64,000 nt of DNA from Candidatus Eremiobacteraceae bacterium (GTDB taxonomy: Bacteria > Vulcanimicrobiota > Vulcanimicrobiia > Eremiobacterales > Eremiobacteraceae): contig DATBOZ010000078.1 in NCBI GenBank assembly GCA_036561585.1, positions 4,544 to 68,543 of the forward strand. Reading direction: 5' to 3'. Of the stretch, positions 9,593-18,711 are shown piece after piece. Under the pieces are notes generated by a model. It did not search any database. It was not told the DNA's origin and saw nothing but the letters and a program-made list of their open reading frames with translations. The translations under genes and the position numbers were made by a program. Positions within the stretch are counted from its first letter, which is position 1; each line of letters opens with the position of its first letter.

Positions 9593-11140
9593 CTACAGCT
9601 GCTTGATCGCGGCCCGATACTCGTCGAGCATTTCGAGTTCGCCCGCGTGCGCGAGCGTTTCTTCGTGATGTTGCACCCAATCGCGAGCAACGCTACCGAA
9701 AACCGGCCGCCCGTGACTGCGCCGGTAGATCGCGTAGCCGACGATTCCCGAAACGACCCAGAGCGGCCCGGCGATCCGGCCGATGGGATGCGTGAGGATG
9801 ATGAACACCAGGATCGCGCCGATGCCCAGCAGGCCGACGATCGACGCCAGAGAGATCGAGCCCTTGCGGCCGAAGATCGTCGCGCCGAAATTAAGGGGCA
9901 TGCGGAACGGACGCGGTGCGGCGGTATCGGTGAACCGCAACGTGATCAGCGCGACGAAGACGAGCGTGTACGAAAGCGCCGCACCGAACGCGTAGAGATC
10001 CGCGAGGAAGTTCAACGCCTGGTCGCCCTGGAAAAACGCGGCGATGAGTTCGACCAGCGCGACGCCGGAAAACACGAGAATGGAGACGACCGGCGTCTTG
10101 GTCTTCGGGTTCGTCATCTTAAACGCCGCCGGCAGCAGGCCGGTCGTGCCCATCGCGTACGCGATCCGCGATGCGCCGAAGACGCCGGAGTTGCTCGAGA
10201 TCATGACGAGGAACGCGCCGAGAAACGGCACGTACAGCTTGAAGATCCATCCGATGTACGGAATGAAGCCGACGAGAACGGCCACCGCTTTGTCGTTGTG
10301 GTCGGGGCTGCCCAGGTACTGGTAGAGCGGCGTTGCGACACCGCCGTGCACCACGTCGGGCATACCGAGCACGAGATTCGAGTAGCCGATCGCGAAGATC
10401 AGGATCGTGAGGATCAGCGCCATCGACGTACGCGGCAAGATCGTGGACGGACGATACGTCTCTTCCGCCGCTTGTGATATGCTCTCGAGTCCCACAAATG
10501 AGATGATGGCGAGCGAGATGCCGAGCAGCAGGTTGTCGGTGCTCGGCCAGTGCAGCCGCATGGTCTGCTCGAGCAGCGCCGGCTGCCACGCGAGCACGAA
10601 TCCGGCGACGAGGATCAGCGTCTCGTTGACCACGTCGACGCCGGCGACCAATTCATTGATGCGCGATGAATGGCGCACGCCGACCACATTGATGATGGTG
10701 AGGAACGCGGTGACCCCGAGCACTGCGATGAATTTCAACAGCGGGTGCTCGCTCAGCCACGGCACAGCGACGCTGAGGTAACCGATCGTGAACCACGCGA
10801 ACAAGCTGATATCGATGGTGAAATCGAGCAGCACCGCCCACCCGGCGACGAACCCCATGAAATCGCCGAGCGCACGAGTGACGAAGAACTGCCCGCCCCC
10901 CGCTACTGGGTAGGCGGCCGCGAGCTCGGTGTACGCGAGACCGATGCAGACGTAGACGATGCCGGCGAACGCGAACGCGATGTTCGCGGCACCCATGGCG
11001 GCGCCCACCACGAGGCCGAGCGCCACGTAGATGTCGGCGCCGACGTCGGCATAACCCCACGAATACGATCCCCATGTGGAGACCGCACGTCGCAAGCTCT
11101 CTTCAGGCAGGGCGGCCGTAGCCGCCCCAGGTGCGCTCAT
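9593..11140 (-). CDS. APC-family amino acid permease
   Basis: 515 aa and polytopic. The N-terminus is WGSYSWGYADVGADIYVALGLV. The ATG is preceded by GGGAGGA. Confidence 0.75.
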   Translation of the reverse strand: MSAPGAATAALPEESLRRAVSTWGSYSWGYADVGADIYVALGLVVGAAMGAANIAFAFAGIVYVCIGLAYTELAAAYPVAGGGQFFVTRALGDFMGFVAGWAVLLDFTIDISLFAWFTIGYLSVAVPWLSEHPLLKFIAVLGVTAFLTIINVVGVRHSSRINELVAGVDVVNETLILVAGFVLAWQPALLEQTMRLHWPSTDNLLLGISLAIISFVGLESISQAAEETYRPSTILPRTSMALILTILIFAIGYSNLVLGMPDVVHGGVATPLYQYLGSPDHNDKAVAVLVGFIPYIGWIFKLYVPFLGAFLVMISSNSGVFGASRIAYAMGTTGLLPAAFKMTNPKTKTPVVSILVFSGVALVELIAAFFQGDQALNFLADLYAFGAALSYTLVFVALITLRFTDTAAPRPFRMPLNFGATIFGRKGSISLASIVGLLGIGAILVFIILTHPIGRIAGPLWVVSGIVGYAIYRRSHGRPVFGSVARDWVQHHEETLAHAGELEMLDEYRAAIKQL

Positions 11141-11383
11141 CGCGCTGCATCCTCCCGGACTTCCGCATTCATATGTGTCCCGGCGAAGCTCGCTCGTTTC
11201 GCCGCACGGCGCGGTCGGGGCCTCGCGGCGCGATGCATTTCGGCAACTCGTATGGCTGTCCCATATTTTGATACAATGTGAAACCGAGTGCTGCGTGTAA
11301 CACTACGGCATTGATACGGGTCACATCTCTCACACCGTAGGAATGCGGATACATTGCGCATTTCTTTTGCAGGACGTGAAGCC

Positions 11384-11899
11384 ATGAAGTTCGGCGGCAA
11401 CATCTATCGCAACCGGGCATTTTCGTTGCCCGAGTTATTGATCGTGGTCGCCGTCATCGCAATCCTTGCGATGATACTCATGGCGAATTTCATGCATGCG
11501 CGGGCCCAAGCCGGTTCGGCGGCCTGCGAAGCAAACGAACGCGCGCTCGCGACGGCGGTCGAAGAATTTGCGACCGACAATAATGGAACATATCCCAGCT
11601 CACCTGGGCCGATCACGTTGCAGATGTTCGGCGGCGCGGGCAATCCGTATGTCGACCCGACCAATCTCGTCGATCCCGTCGACGGACAGGCATACACCTA
11701 TATGCCGGGTGCCGGCACGTGCACGAACGGCAACGCATCCTTTGAGATCCACGATCTTGGCGGTCACGACAGCGTCACGCTCCAGAACCTTCCGCAACTC
11801 GCCCAAAACTCCGACTCGGTGGCGTACTGTGCCGGCCTCGGTGTCGCAGCCGATGACAGCCAGCAGTTCGCACAGTACGGATACAAGAACCAGCACTGA
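11384..11899 (+). CDS. Prepilin-type N-terminal cleavage/methylation domain protein (type IV pilin / pseudopilin-like)
   Basis: MKFGGNIYRNRA/FSLPELLIVVAVIAILAMIL is a classic class III signal peptide with Glu+5. No pil or gsp genes are adjacent. Confidence 0.7.
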   Translation: MKFGGNIYRNRAFSLPELLIVVAVIAILAMILMANFMHARAQAGSAACEANERALATAVEEFATDNNGTYPSSPGPITLQMFGGAGNPYVDPTNLVDPVDGQAYTYMPGAGTCTNGNASFEIHDLGGHDSVTLQNLPQLAQNSDSVAYCAGLGVAADDSQQFAQYGYKNQH

Positions 11900-11918
11900 T
11901 CCGATTTGACTCATCTCC

Positions 11919-13367
11919 TTGCGATCTGACGCGCTGATTCTTGCTGCAGCGCTCGCTGCAGCCGCCTCGGTCGCCGCGACCGCGCCGTCTTCAGCCGCGC
12001 CGACATTTTACCGGCATTCATGCGAAGAACAGCTCAACGCGCCCAAGGGTACCCGGTGCGGCATCGTCGTCGTACCCGAAAATCGATCGCAGCCCGCCGG
12101 GAAGACGATTGGCCTGAACGTGATGGTCTTGGCGGCGACGGGCGGTGCAAAACAGAGCGACGCGATTTTCGAGATCGCGGGCGGACCGGGCCAACCAACT
12201 GCCGACGCGAACGGCGTGGCGTTTGCGACGATCGCCGGAACGGCGCGCGACACCCGCGATGTCGTCTTGGTAGACCAGCGCGGCACCGGCGGATCGCGGC
12301 CGCTGCAATGCGATCTCTATCCGGGATCCGGTCCGGCTCGTTTTTTCGCGCCCGAGTGGCCGACGGATATCTACGAGAGATGCGGCGAGCGGCTCAACGC
12401 CATCGCCGACCTCTCCCAATACTCCACCGAAAACGCCGCCGATGATCTCGACGACGTCCGCGCTGCGCTCGGCTACGATCGCGTGGATCTTCTGGGCAGC
12501 TCGTACGGATCGACGGCCGCACTCGTGTACATGCGGCGGCACGCGGATCGCGTGCGCAGCGCGGTGCTCGTCGGCGTGGCCGCGCTGGACGCGCGGATTC
12601 CGTTGCCGTATGCGAAAGCGGCACAGCATTCGCTGGATGCATTGTTCGCCGACTGCAGCGTCGATGCGGCGTGTCACGCCGCAGTGCCGAATATCCGGTC
12701 CGAATTCGCATCGGTGCTCTCGCAGCTCGCCAAGGGGCCGGTGACCGCCCAAGTGACCGATCCGCAAACGAGCTTGAAATCGCCCGTCCAGATCGATCTG
12801 CCCATGTGGGTCGCATCCGTGCGCGACGGATTGAACGACACCGGCACGGCGAGCGACCTCTTGAAGCTGATCCACGCGGCCGCGCGCGGCGATTTTGGTC
12901 CGTCCGCGGACGCGATCGCGAATGACCGCGGCGGCCGGTCGTTGCTGTATTCAGGTATGGCGATGTCGGTCGAGTGCCCGGAAGACGTGGATGCCATCGA
13001 CCCGGATACGATCTCCGGCGCGACGCGCGGGTCCTTCTTCGGCGACGCTCGCGTGCGTCAAGAGATAGCGGCGTGCGACGTCTGGCCGCACCGCGCCGTC
13101 GATCCTTCGTTTTTCGCTCCGGTGCGTTCGAACGCACCCGTGCTCATCTTGACGGGCGGGCTAGACCCGGCCACACCGCCCGACCAGGTCGCGCGCGTAC
13201 AACGCTTTCTCCCGCACGCGATCGACGTGATCTTCCCGCATCAAGCGCACGCGTCGAACTCGCCGTGCGGACAGAAGCTGGTGAGCGCGTTCGTCACCGC
13301 CGCTGACGGTCGCGGACTCGACACGTCGTGCGCGGCGCAAGAGCTGCGCCCGCCGTTCGCGTTCTGA
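11919..13367 (+). CDS. Secreted alpha/beta hydrolase, tripeptidyl-aminopeptidase-like (peptidase S33)
   Basis: TTG start. Signal peptide LILAAALAAAASVAATAPSSA and nucleophile elbow LLGSSYGS. Length and C-terminal region fit TAP-like hydrolases. Confidence 0.65.
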   Translation: MRSDALILAAALAAAASVAATAPSSAAPTFYRHSCEEQLNAPKGTRCGIVVVPENRSQPAGKTIGLNVMVLAATGGAKQSDAIFEIAGGPGQPTADANGVAFATIAGTARDTRDVVLVDQRGTGGSRPLQCDLYPGSGPARFFAPEWPTDIYERCGERLNAIADLSQYSTENAADDLDDVRAALGYDRVDLLGSSYGSTAALVYMRRHADRVRSAVLVGVAALDARIPLPYAKAAQHSLDALFADCSVDAACHAAVPNIRSEFASVLSQLAKGPVTAQVTDPQTSLKSPVQIDLPMWVASVRDGLNDTGTASDLLKLIHAAARGDFGPSADAIANDRGGRSLLYSGMAMSVECPEDVDAIDPDTISGATRGSFFGDARVRQEIAACDVWPHRAVDPSFFAPVRSNAPVLILTGGLDPATPPDQVARVQRFLPHAIDVIFPHQAHASNSPCGQKLVSAFVTAADGRGLDTSCAAQELRPPFAF

Positions 13368-13370
13368 CGG

Positions 13371-13670
13371 TCAAGGTTCGATCGAGTACAGCCACCAGCG
13401 GTGTTTGCGCGCGGTTTTGTTCGTGGGATTGCGTTCGAAGTACAACGTCATCCGCTTGCCGCACGTCGTGACGATATCGAAGAAGTGCTTGCGCACGTAG
13501 ACGTCTCCCCGGTCGCGCCCCATCGAGCGGTGCGTCCCTTCGACCGACGCTATCTGATAGCGAGTTTCGCGCCACGTGAACGAACGCGGTAGTCCCGGCT
13601 CGCCGCGCGACATTGCGGCGATATCCGCGGTACCGGCTTCGGGTTGTATCGGTTCTGAGATGAGCGGCAT
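13371..13670 (-). CDS. Small hypothetical protein, co-oriented 9 nt downstream of the BNR paralog
   Basis: 99-aa ORF with high GC3. Trp/Arg-rich (FTWRETRYQI...RWWLYSIEP). I could not assign a family. Confidence 0.45.
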   Translation of the reverse strand: MPLISEPIQPEAGTADIAAMSRGEPGLPRSFTWRETRYQIASVEGTHRSMGRDRGDVYVRKHFFDIVTTCGKRMTLYFERNPTNKTARKHRWWLYSIEP

Positions 13671-13679
13671 CGTCGGACG

Positions 13680-16600
13680 TCAGCGCAGCGGTACCTTATC
13701 CGCTTGTGCGCGCCACGCGTCGTAGGCGGCGTGCGCCGCGCTCATCTCGACGGTCAGCCGGTCTTTGAGGTCGTATGCGGGCTTGAGCGGCGGACCTGCC
13801 CCGAGCGGCCCGAAGAGATCGTAAAGCCGTTCGCGCAGGCCCGGCGCGAAGATGAACGTATCCTCATCGTTTTGCGGATTGGACGACAGTGCCGATTCCA
13901 GGCGGGCGCCCGCTTCGATCGCGGCGCGAGCGCCTACGACGGCCTGCGCATCCGGACCGTCACGTTTGATCAGCGCCGGAAGCGCGCGAGCGATGCGCGC
14001 ACGCGTCGTATCGAGATCGTTCAGCCACCGGTCGATCGCATCGAATTGCGCGTACGCGAACGCGGCGTAATCGTGTTCCTTTTGATAGTCATCCTGCGTC
14101 CACGACGCGCGCGGATCGGGCTTGACGTTCAGCGTCGTCGTGAAAACGCGCGCTCCGAGCGTCAGGCGAACCGTATACAGACCCGGCACAACGCCGGCGC
14201 CCGAATCGAATCCTTGGTTCGGCGCTGGTGCGCTCAACCACTTGACGGGCGGGTTTTCGCCGAAATCCCAGACCACTCGCTCGATGCCGACGCGGTTTGG
14301 AATCCATGGAGTTTTCTTTCCGTCGACATCGTGCACGCCGGCGATCCTGCGCACGACTCGTCCGCTTGTATCCAAAATCTCGAGCACTGGTCCTCCGCCG
14401 GGCGCAGGTCTCGATTGGTAGAATGAGATCGGTGCGCCGTTGGCCGGATTGTCGCCCGCGTACTCGGCGTACGCGCCTTCTTCATGTTCGAAGTAGGAGA
14501 ACTCATACGCCGGTTGTGGTTCGAAGAGATAGAAGCCCGCCGCTCTCGCCGTTTCCCATTCTTGCAGCGGACGCAAGTCGTCGAAGATCCACAGCGCGCG
14601 GCCGTGGGTCGCGACGATGAGGTCGTCGGCTCGCGATGGAAATCGAAGATCGCGCACCGACGACGAAGGCAGATTGAGCTGGAGCGAGCGCCAGCGCGCA
14701 CCGCCGTCGAACGAGATCCACATCGAGCGTTCCATGCCGGCGTAGAGCAGCTGCGAGTTCACCGGGTCCGCCCGGATCGTCTTCATCCATTGATCGTGCG
14801 GCAATCCGGTCGCAAGCGATGTCCAGGTCGCGCCGTAGTTCGCGGTTTTGAAGAGGTAAGCAGCGTTGTCGCCGATGAGGTGCCGGTCGATCACCGCATA
14901 CGCGGTCCCGGCGTCAAACGGTGACGGTGCGACCGTGGTGACGTAGCCCCAAGGTGGCAGGCCTGCAGGCGTGACGTTCGTCCAGTGCGTTCCCCCATCG
15001 CGGGTGAGCTGGATCAAGCCGTCGTCAGTGCCGGCCCAAATCTCCCCGTTCGCGACCGGCGATCCCTCGATGTCGATGACGGTGTCGGCGTACTCCGCGC
15101 CGGTCACGTCGTGCGTGATCGCGCCGCCGGGGATCTGTTGATGTGATTTGACATTGCGGGTGAGGTCCGGGCTGATGACCTGCCACGTCAGCCCACGATC
15201 CTGCGTTTGAAAGATCACGTTGCCGCCGAACCACGCAGTGTGCGGATCCCACGGCGCAAATGCGATCGGGGAAAACCAATTGAACCGGTATTGCTTCTTG
15301 TCGAGATCGAACGCGTAGATATCGCCCTCGAATGGCGATGCGTCGTACGCCTCTTCGGTCTGCTTGTTGAAGATGCTCAGGACGCCGTTCTGAAGATCGC
15401 TCCACACATAGTTCGAGTCCGATGGATCGGGCACCGACCACATCCCGTCGCCGCCCAAGACGTCGATCCACTTGCCGTTGAGAATGCCGTCGGGATCCAG
15501 GCTGTTCGACGGTCCGCAAAACGAGCCGTTATCTTGGTAACCGGCGCAAATGCCGTATGGCATTTGATCGTCCGCTGCGACGTGATACGCCTGACCGATG
15601 GCGAGGTTGCGAGGAAACGACCAATTCTGGCCGCCATCGAGCGTCAGGATATAGCCGCCGTCATCGCCGATCATCACCCGTTTGCCGTCGTCCGGCGCGA
15701 TCCAGATCGCGTGGTTGTCGGGGTGTAGTCCATTTGCGCCCGGGATCTTCTTGAACGTCTTGCCGCCGTCGCTGCTCGTGGAAATCGCTTCCGAGATCGA
15801 CCAGACCTTATTCGCGTTTGCTGGATCCACCGCGATGTGACTGAAGTAGAACGGCCGCTGATCGATGAGCGTGCTTGAGTTCATGAGTCGCCAGTGTGCG
15901 CCGCTGTCGTCCGACCGCCATAGGTAACCGTGTGCGGTCTGGATCAATGCGTACACGCGCTTGTTGTCGCTCGGCGCGATAGCAAGGCCGATGCGCCCGA
16001 GTAGCGCTCCAGCGGGAAATCCGCCGCCGCTGATTTTGCTCCAGGTCTTGCCGCCATTGCCCGAGCGATAGAGGCCGTCGAGCGGCCCTCCGCTTGTGAA
16101 GGTCCATGGCAATCTCCGGAATTGCCAAATCCCCGCGTAGAGGACGTCCGGATCGCGTGGGTCCATCGCCATGTCGGAGACGCCGCTCTGCGGTCCGACG
16201 TAGAGCGTGTTTCTCCACGTTTTGCCGCCGTCGTCCGTGACGTACACGCCGCGGTCTTTTGAATCGTTGAACGGATCGCCGAGCGCGCCGACGATCACGT
16301 GGTCGGCGTTGCGTGGATCGATCAGAATCCGGGCGATATGCCGCGTCTTTGCGAGTCCGACGTTTTTCCACGTCGCGCCGCCATCTCTTGTGACGTACAC
16401 CCCGTCGCCGGCCATCACATCGTTGCGCGGATTCGCCTCGCCGCTGCCGACCCAGACGACCTTCGAATCCTTTGGAGAAATCGCGATCGCACCGATCGAT
16501 TGGACGCGTTGCCGGTCCCAGAGCGGCGACCACGTGACGCCGCCGTTCGTTGTCTTCCACACGCCGCCGCCGGACGCACCGAGATAATACGTCTTCAGAT

Positions 16601-16823
16601 CACCCGCCACACCGGCGACCGACGTGACCCTGCCTCCCGGCGCAGCGGGTCCGATCGATCGGAATTTCAAGTTGGCGAACGGATCGGGCGAGGAATGCGC
16701 GTGACCGCTCGCGGTGTTCGCGGTCGACGGCGATTGCGCACGTGCAGCATGGTCGACGCCGCCCGCAAAAGCAAGACCGAGACAAGACGAGACGCATAGC
16801 GCGGTGACCGTTAACAAACGCAT
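13680..16823 (-). CDS. VPS10/sortilin-like BNR (Asp-box) repeat protein, paralog 1
   Basis: 1047 aa with a signal peptide. Repeated S/T-x-D-x-G-x-T-W boxes (TNGGVTWSP, TRDGGATWKN, TDDGGKTWRN, GNGGKTWSK, SDDSGAHWRL, SSDGGKTFKK, TLDGGQNWSF...). Collinear with the genes at 23292-26357 and 55270-58395. Confidence 0.8.
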   Translation of the reverse strand: MRLLTVTALCVSSCLGLAFAGGVDHAARAQSPSTANTASGHAHSSPDPFANLKFRSIGPAAPGGRVTSVAGVAGDLKTYYLGASGGGVWKTTNGGVTWSPLWDRQRVQSIGAIAISPKDSKVVWVGSGEANPRNDVMAGDGVYVTRDGGATWKNVGLAKTRHIARILIDPRNADHVIVGALGDPFNDSKDRGVYVTDDGGKTWRNTLYVGPQSGVSDMAMDPRDPDVLYAGIWQFRRLPWTFTSGGPLDGLYRSGNGGKTWSKISGGGFPAGALLGRIGLAIAPSDNKRVYALIQTAHGYLWRSDDSGAHWRLMNSSTLIDQRPFYFSHIAVDPANANKVWSISEAISTSSDGGKTFKKIPGANGLHPDNHAIWIAPDDGKRVMIGDDGGYILTLDGGQNWSFPRNLAIGQAYHVAADDQMPYGICAGYQDNGSFCGPSNSLDPDGILNGKWIDVLGGDGMWSVPDPSDSNYVWSDLQNGVLSIFNKQTEEAYDASPFEGDIYAFDLDKKQYRFNWFSPIAFAPWDPHTAWFGGNVIFQTQDRGLTWQVISPDLTRNVKSHQQIPGGAITHDVTGAEYADTVIDIEGSPVANGEIWAGTDDGLIQLTRDGGTHWTNVTPAGLPPWGYVTTVAPSPFDAGTAYAVIDRHLIGDNAAYLFKTANYGATWTSLATGLPHDQWMKTIRADPVNSQLLYAGMERSMWISFDGGARWRSLQLNLPSSSVRDLRFPSRADDLIVATHGRALWIFDDLRPLQEWETARAAGFYLFEPQPAYEFSYFEHEEGAYAEYAGDNPANGAPISFYQSRPAPGGGPVLEILDTSGRVVRRIAGVHDVDGKKTPWIPNRVGIERVVWDFGENPPVKWLSAPAPNQGFDSGAGVVPGLYTVRLTLGARVFTTTLNVKPDPRASWTQDDYQKEHDYAAFAYAQFDAIDRWLNDLDTTRARIARALPALIKRDGPDAQAVVGARAAIEAGARLESALSSNPQNDEDTFIFAPGLRERLYDLFGPLGAGPPLKPAYDLKDRLTVEMSAAHAAYDAWRAQADKVPLR

Positions 16824-16863
16824 AGCGCCGAGTTATATGACACAGGCCACACGGACCTGCTCC

Positions 16864-16920
16864 CCTGTCGTGCCGACCTTTATGGTCGGCAATGCCGATG
16901 ATAAACATCGGCACTACAGG
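16864..16920. repeat. Two-hairpin REP-like module in a divergent intergenic region
   Basis: CCTGTCGT-GCCGACC-TTTAT-GGTCGGC-AAT-GCCGATG-ATAAA-CATCGGC-ACTACAGG. The loops are complementary and the outer CCTGT/ACAGG are inverted. Confidence 0.85.
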
Positions 16921-16962
16921 GCGTTGCATAGGCGCCGAGCGACAGTAGGCGAAGAACACCCG

Positions 16963-17949
16963 ATGGGTCGACAGTCGCGCCGGTTCAAACGCATCGCCGC
17001 CGGCATTGCCTGCGGCGTCGCCGGCGCCGTGGCTGCGGAAGCGATCGCCTCGTGGTTGCGATCCCGCGCAAGGCCGATACCCGGACGCCTCGTCGACATC
17101 GGCGGCCGCCGGTTGCATCTGCGAATCGCAGGCGACGGACCGGGGCCGACCGTCGTCTTCGAAGCGGGGTTTGGCGGGTCGTCGGTGTTGTGGTCGCTCG
17201 TGCAAGAAGGCGTGGCGAAGTTCGCGCGCACGTGCTCGTACGACAGAGCGGGTTATGGGTTTAGCGATTTCGGTCCGATCCCGCGGTCGGGCGCGCAGCT
17301 CGCCGCCGAGCTGCATCTCGCCCTCGCGCACGCTGGTTTACCTCCGCCCTACATCTTGGTGGCGCATTCCTATGGCGGCTTGATCTCGCGACTCTTCACG
17401 TGGCGCCACCCGCGCGATGTCGCCGGTCTGCTCATGGTCGACGCGCTCCACGGCGCCATCTTCGACGAAGCACACCAGGTCATGCGACGTATGGTCACCG
17501 CCTTCGGCTTCACCCTCGGCGCATTGGTGCTCCTCGGTGCGGTCGGCGCGTTACGCATCATCGCACGCATCCAAGGACCTGAGCTCATCCTCGGCTTGCA
17601 CAAGCTGCCGCCCCAAGTCCGGAGCGAACTCAGCGATTCGCTCCCTCGCGACGTGATCGCGGCGATGCTGGAGCTCTACTGGTGGGATGCGACGCTCGAT
17701 CAGGCGGAGATAGCGAATCTTCCACCCGACCTGCCGATCATCGCGCTCGCGCACGATATGCCGGAGACGTTTGCGGCGGCTGGGCGCGAGGCGACGCGCT
17801 ACGAAATGCTTTGGCAAGACATCCAGCGTGATGCGGTGCGGTTGAGCAGGCGGACCACCCTGCTCCGTGCCCGCAATAGCGGTCATCATATAGCGCTCGA
17901 CGATCCCGACGACGTCGTCAGCGCGGTGCGCGCCCTCATCGGGCCCTGA
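16963..17949 (+). CDS. Alpha/beta hydrolase
   Basis: Start trimmed to MGRQSRRFKRIAAGIACGVAGAV. Contains ...VVFEAGFGGSS... and the nucleophile elbow LVAHSYGG. Confidence 0.7.
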   Translation: MGRQSRRFKRIAAGIACGVAGAVAAEAIASWLRSRARPIPGRLVDIGGRRLHLRIAGDGPGPTVVFEAGFGGSSVLWSLVQEGVAKFARTCSYDRAGYGFSDFGPIPRSGAQLAAELHLALAHAGLPPPYILVAHSYGGLISRLFTWRHPRDVAGLLMVDALHGAIFDEAHQVMRRMVTAFGFTLGALVLLGAVGALRIIARIQGPELILGLHKLPPQVRSELSDSLPRDVIAAMLELYWWDATLDQAEIANLPPDLPIIALAHDMPETFAAAGREATRYEMLWQDIQRDAVRLSRRTTLLRARNSGHHIALDDPDDVVSAVRALIGP

Positions 17950-18050
17950 CCGGGCGGTACCGGGACATTTTCAGGCGACATAACGCGAGGCATGGCCCCG
18001 CGCGAAGTTCAATGGTACCCCGAACGTTCGTCATGATGGGAGTTCGGGCG

Positions 18051-18578
18051 ATGAAACCGTACGCCGCACTTCTCTCGTTTGGGATCTTCTTCTCGCTGGC
18101 GGTGGCGGCGCCGCCCGATGCTGCGCGCGCCGAGGCGCGATTGAATCCGACGCTTGCGCCGTTCCAATTCATGGTCGGGTCATGGCAATGCAGATCGTGG
18201 CGAGCCGCAAGCGGCCGCCTCGCACCCCGCAGCGCTGCGATCGATTCGAAATATTCGGTGATCGGCGGCGGGCGGGCGCTCGGCCAACGTGTCAGCGGAC
18301 CCGACTACCGCAGCTTCGAGCTCTTCGGCTACGAACCGTCGACAAACCGAATCGTCACATCGGCATTCGCAGACGACGGCTCGCGCGCGCTCGCCTCTTC
18401 GGCGGGCTGGGCTGGCAACGCAATCGTCCTCTCGGGAAAAGTGCACAGCGGCGCGATGCAAGCCGATCTGCGCGATATCTTGGTCAAATTCACCGACCGG
18501 CGCTTTACCGATACGACGGAGATCCGCGAAAGCGGCCGCTGGAAAACCATCGCCGACAGCGACTGCAACAAACGGTAG
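18051..18578 (+). CDS. Secreted hypothetical protein (possibly a DUF1579/lipocalin-like beta-barrel)
   Basis: Signal peptide MKPYAALLSFGIFFSLAVAAPPDAARA. FMVGSWQC motif. The family call is tentative. Confidence 0.45.
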   Translation: MKPYAALLSFGIFFSLAVAAPPDAARAEARLNPTLAPFQFMVGSWQCRSWRAASGRLAPRSAAIDSKYSVIGGGRALGQRVSGPDYRSFELFGYEPSTNRIVTSAFADDGSRALASSAGWAGNAIVLSGKVHSGAMQADLRDILVKFTDRRFTDTTEIRESGRWKTIADSDCNKR

Positions 18579-18711
18579 CGCCTCGCCGGACGGCCCGGCT
18601 GCGGTATCGTCCCAACCGGGCGGCATGGGTGCCACGTACGTGCTCCAGCCTGCATCGATCACGGTGCTGACGGCGGCACTCCGCTGACGCGCCACCGCCG
18701 CCAGCTTCCGG

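Noticed and set aside
11141-11300. Possible riboswitch in the ~130-nt leader of the APC permease gene. It has GC-rich hairpins, including CCGGGAC...GTCCGGG, which partly overlaps the SD.
   Set aside because: I could not match it to any riboswitch consensus I know. The short stems are expected by chance in GC-rich DNA.
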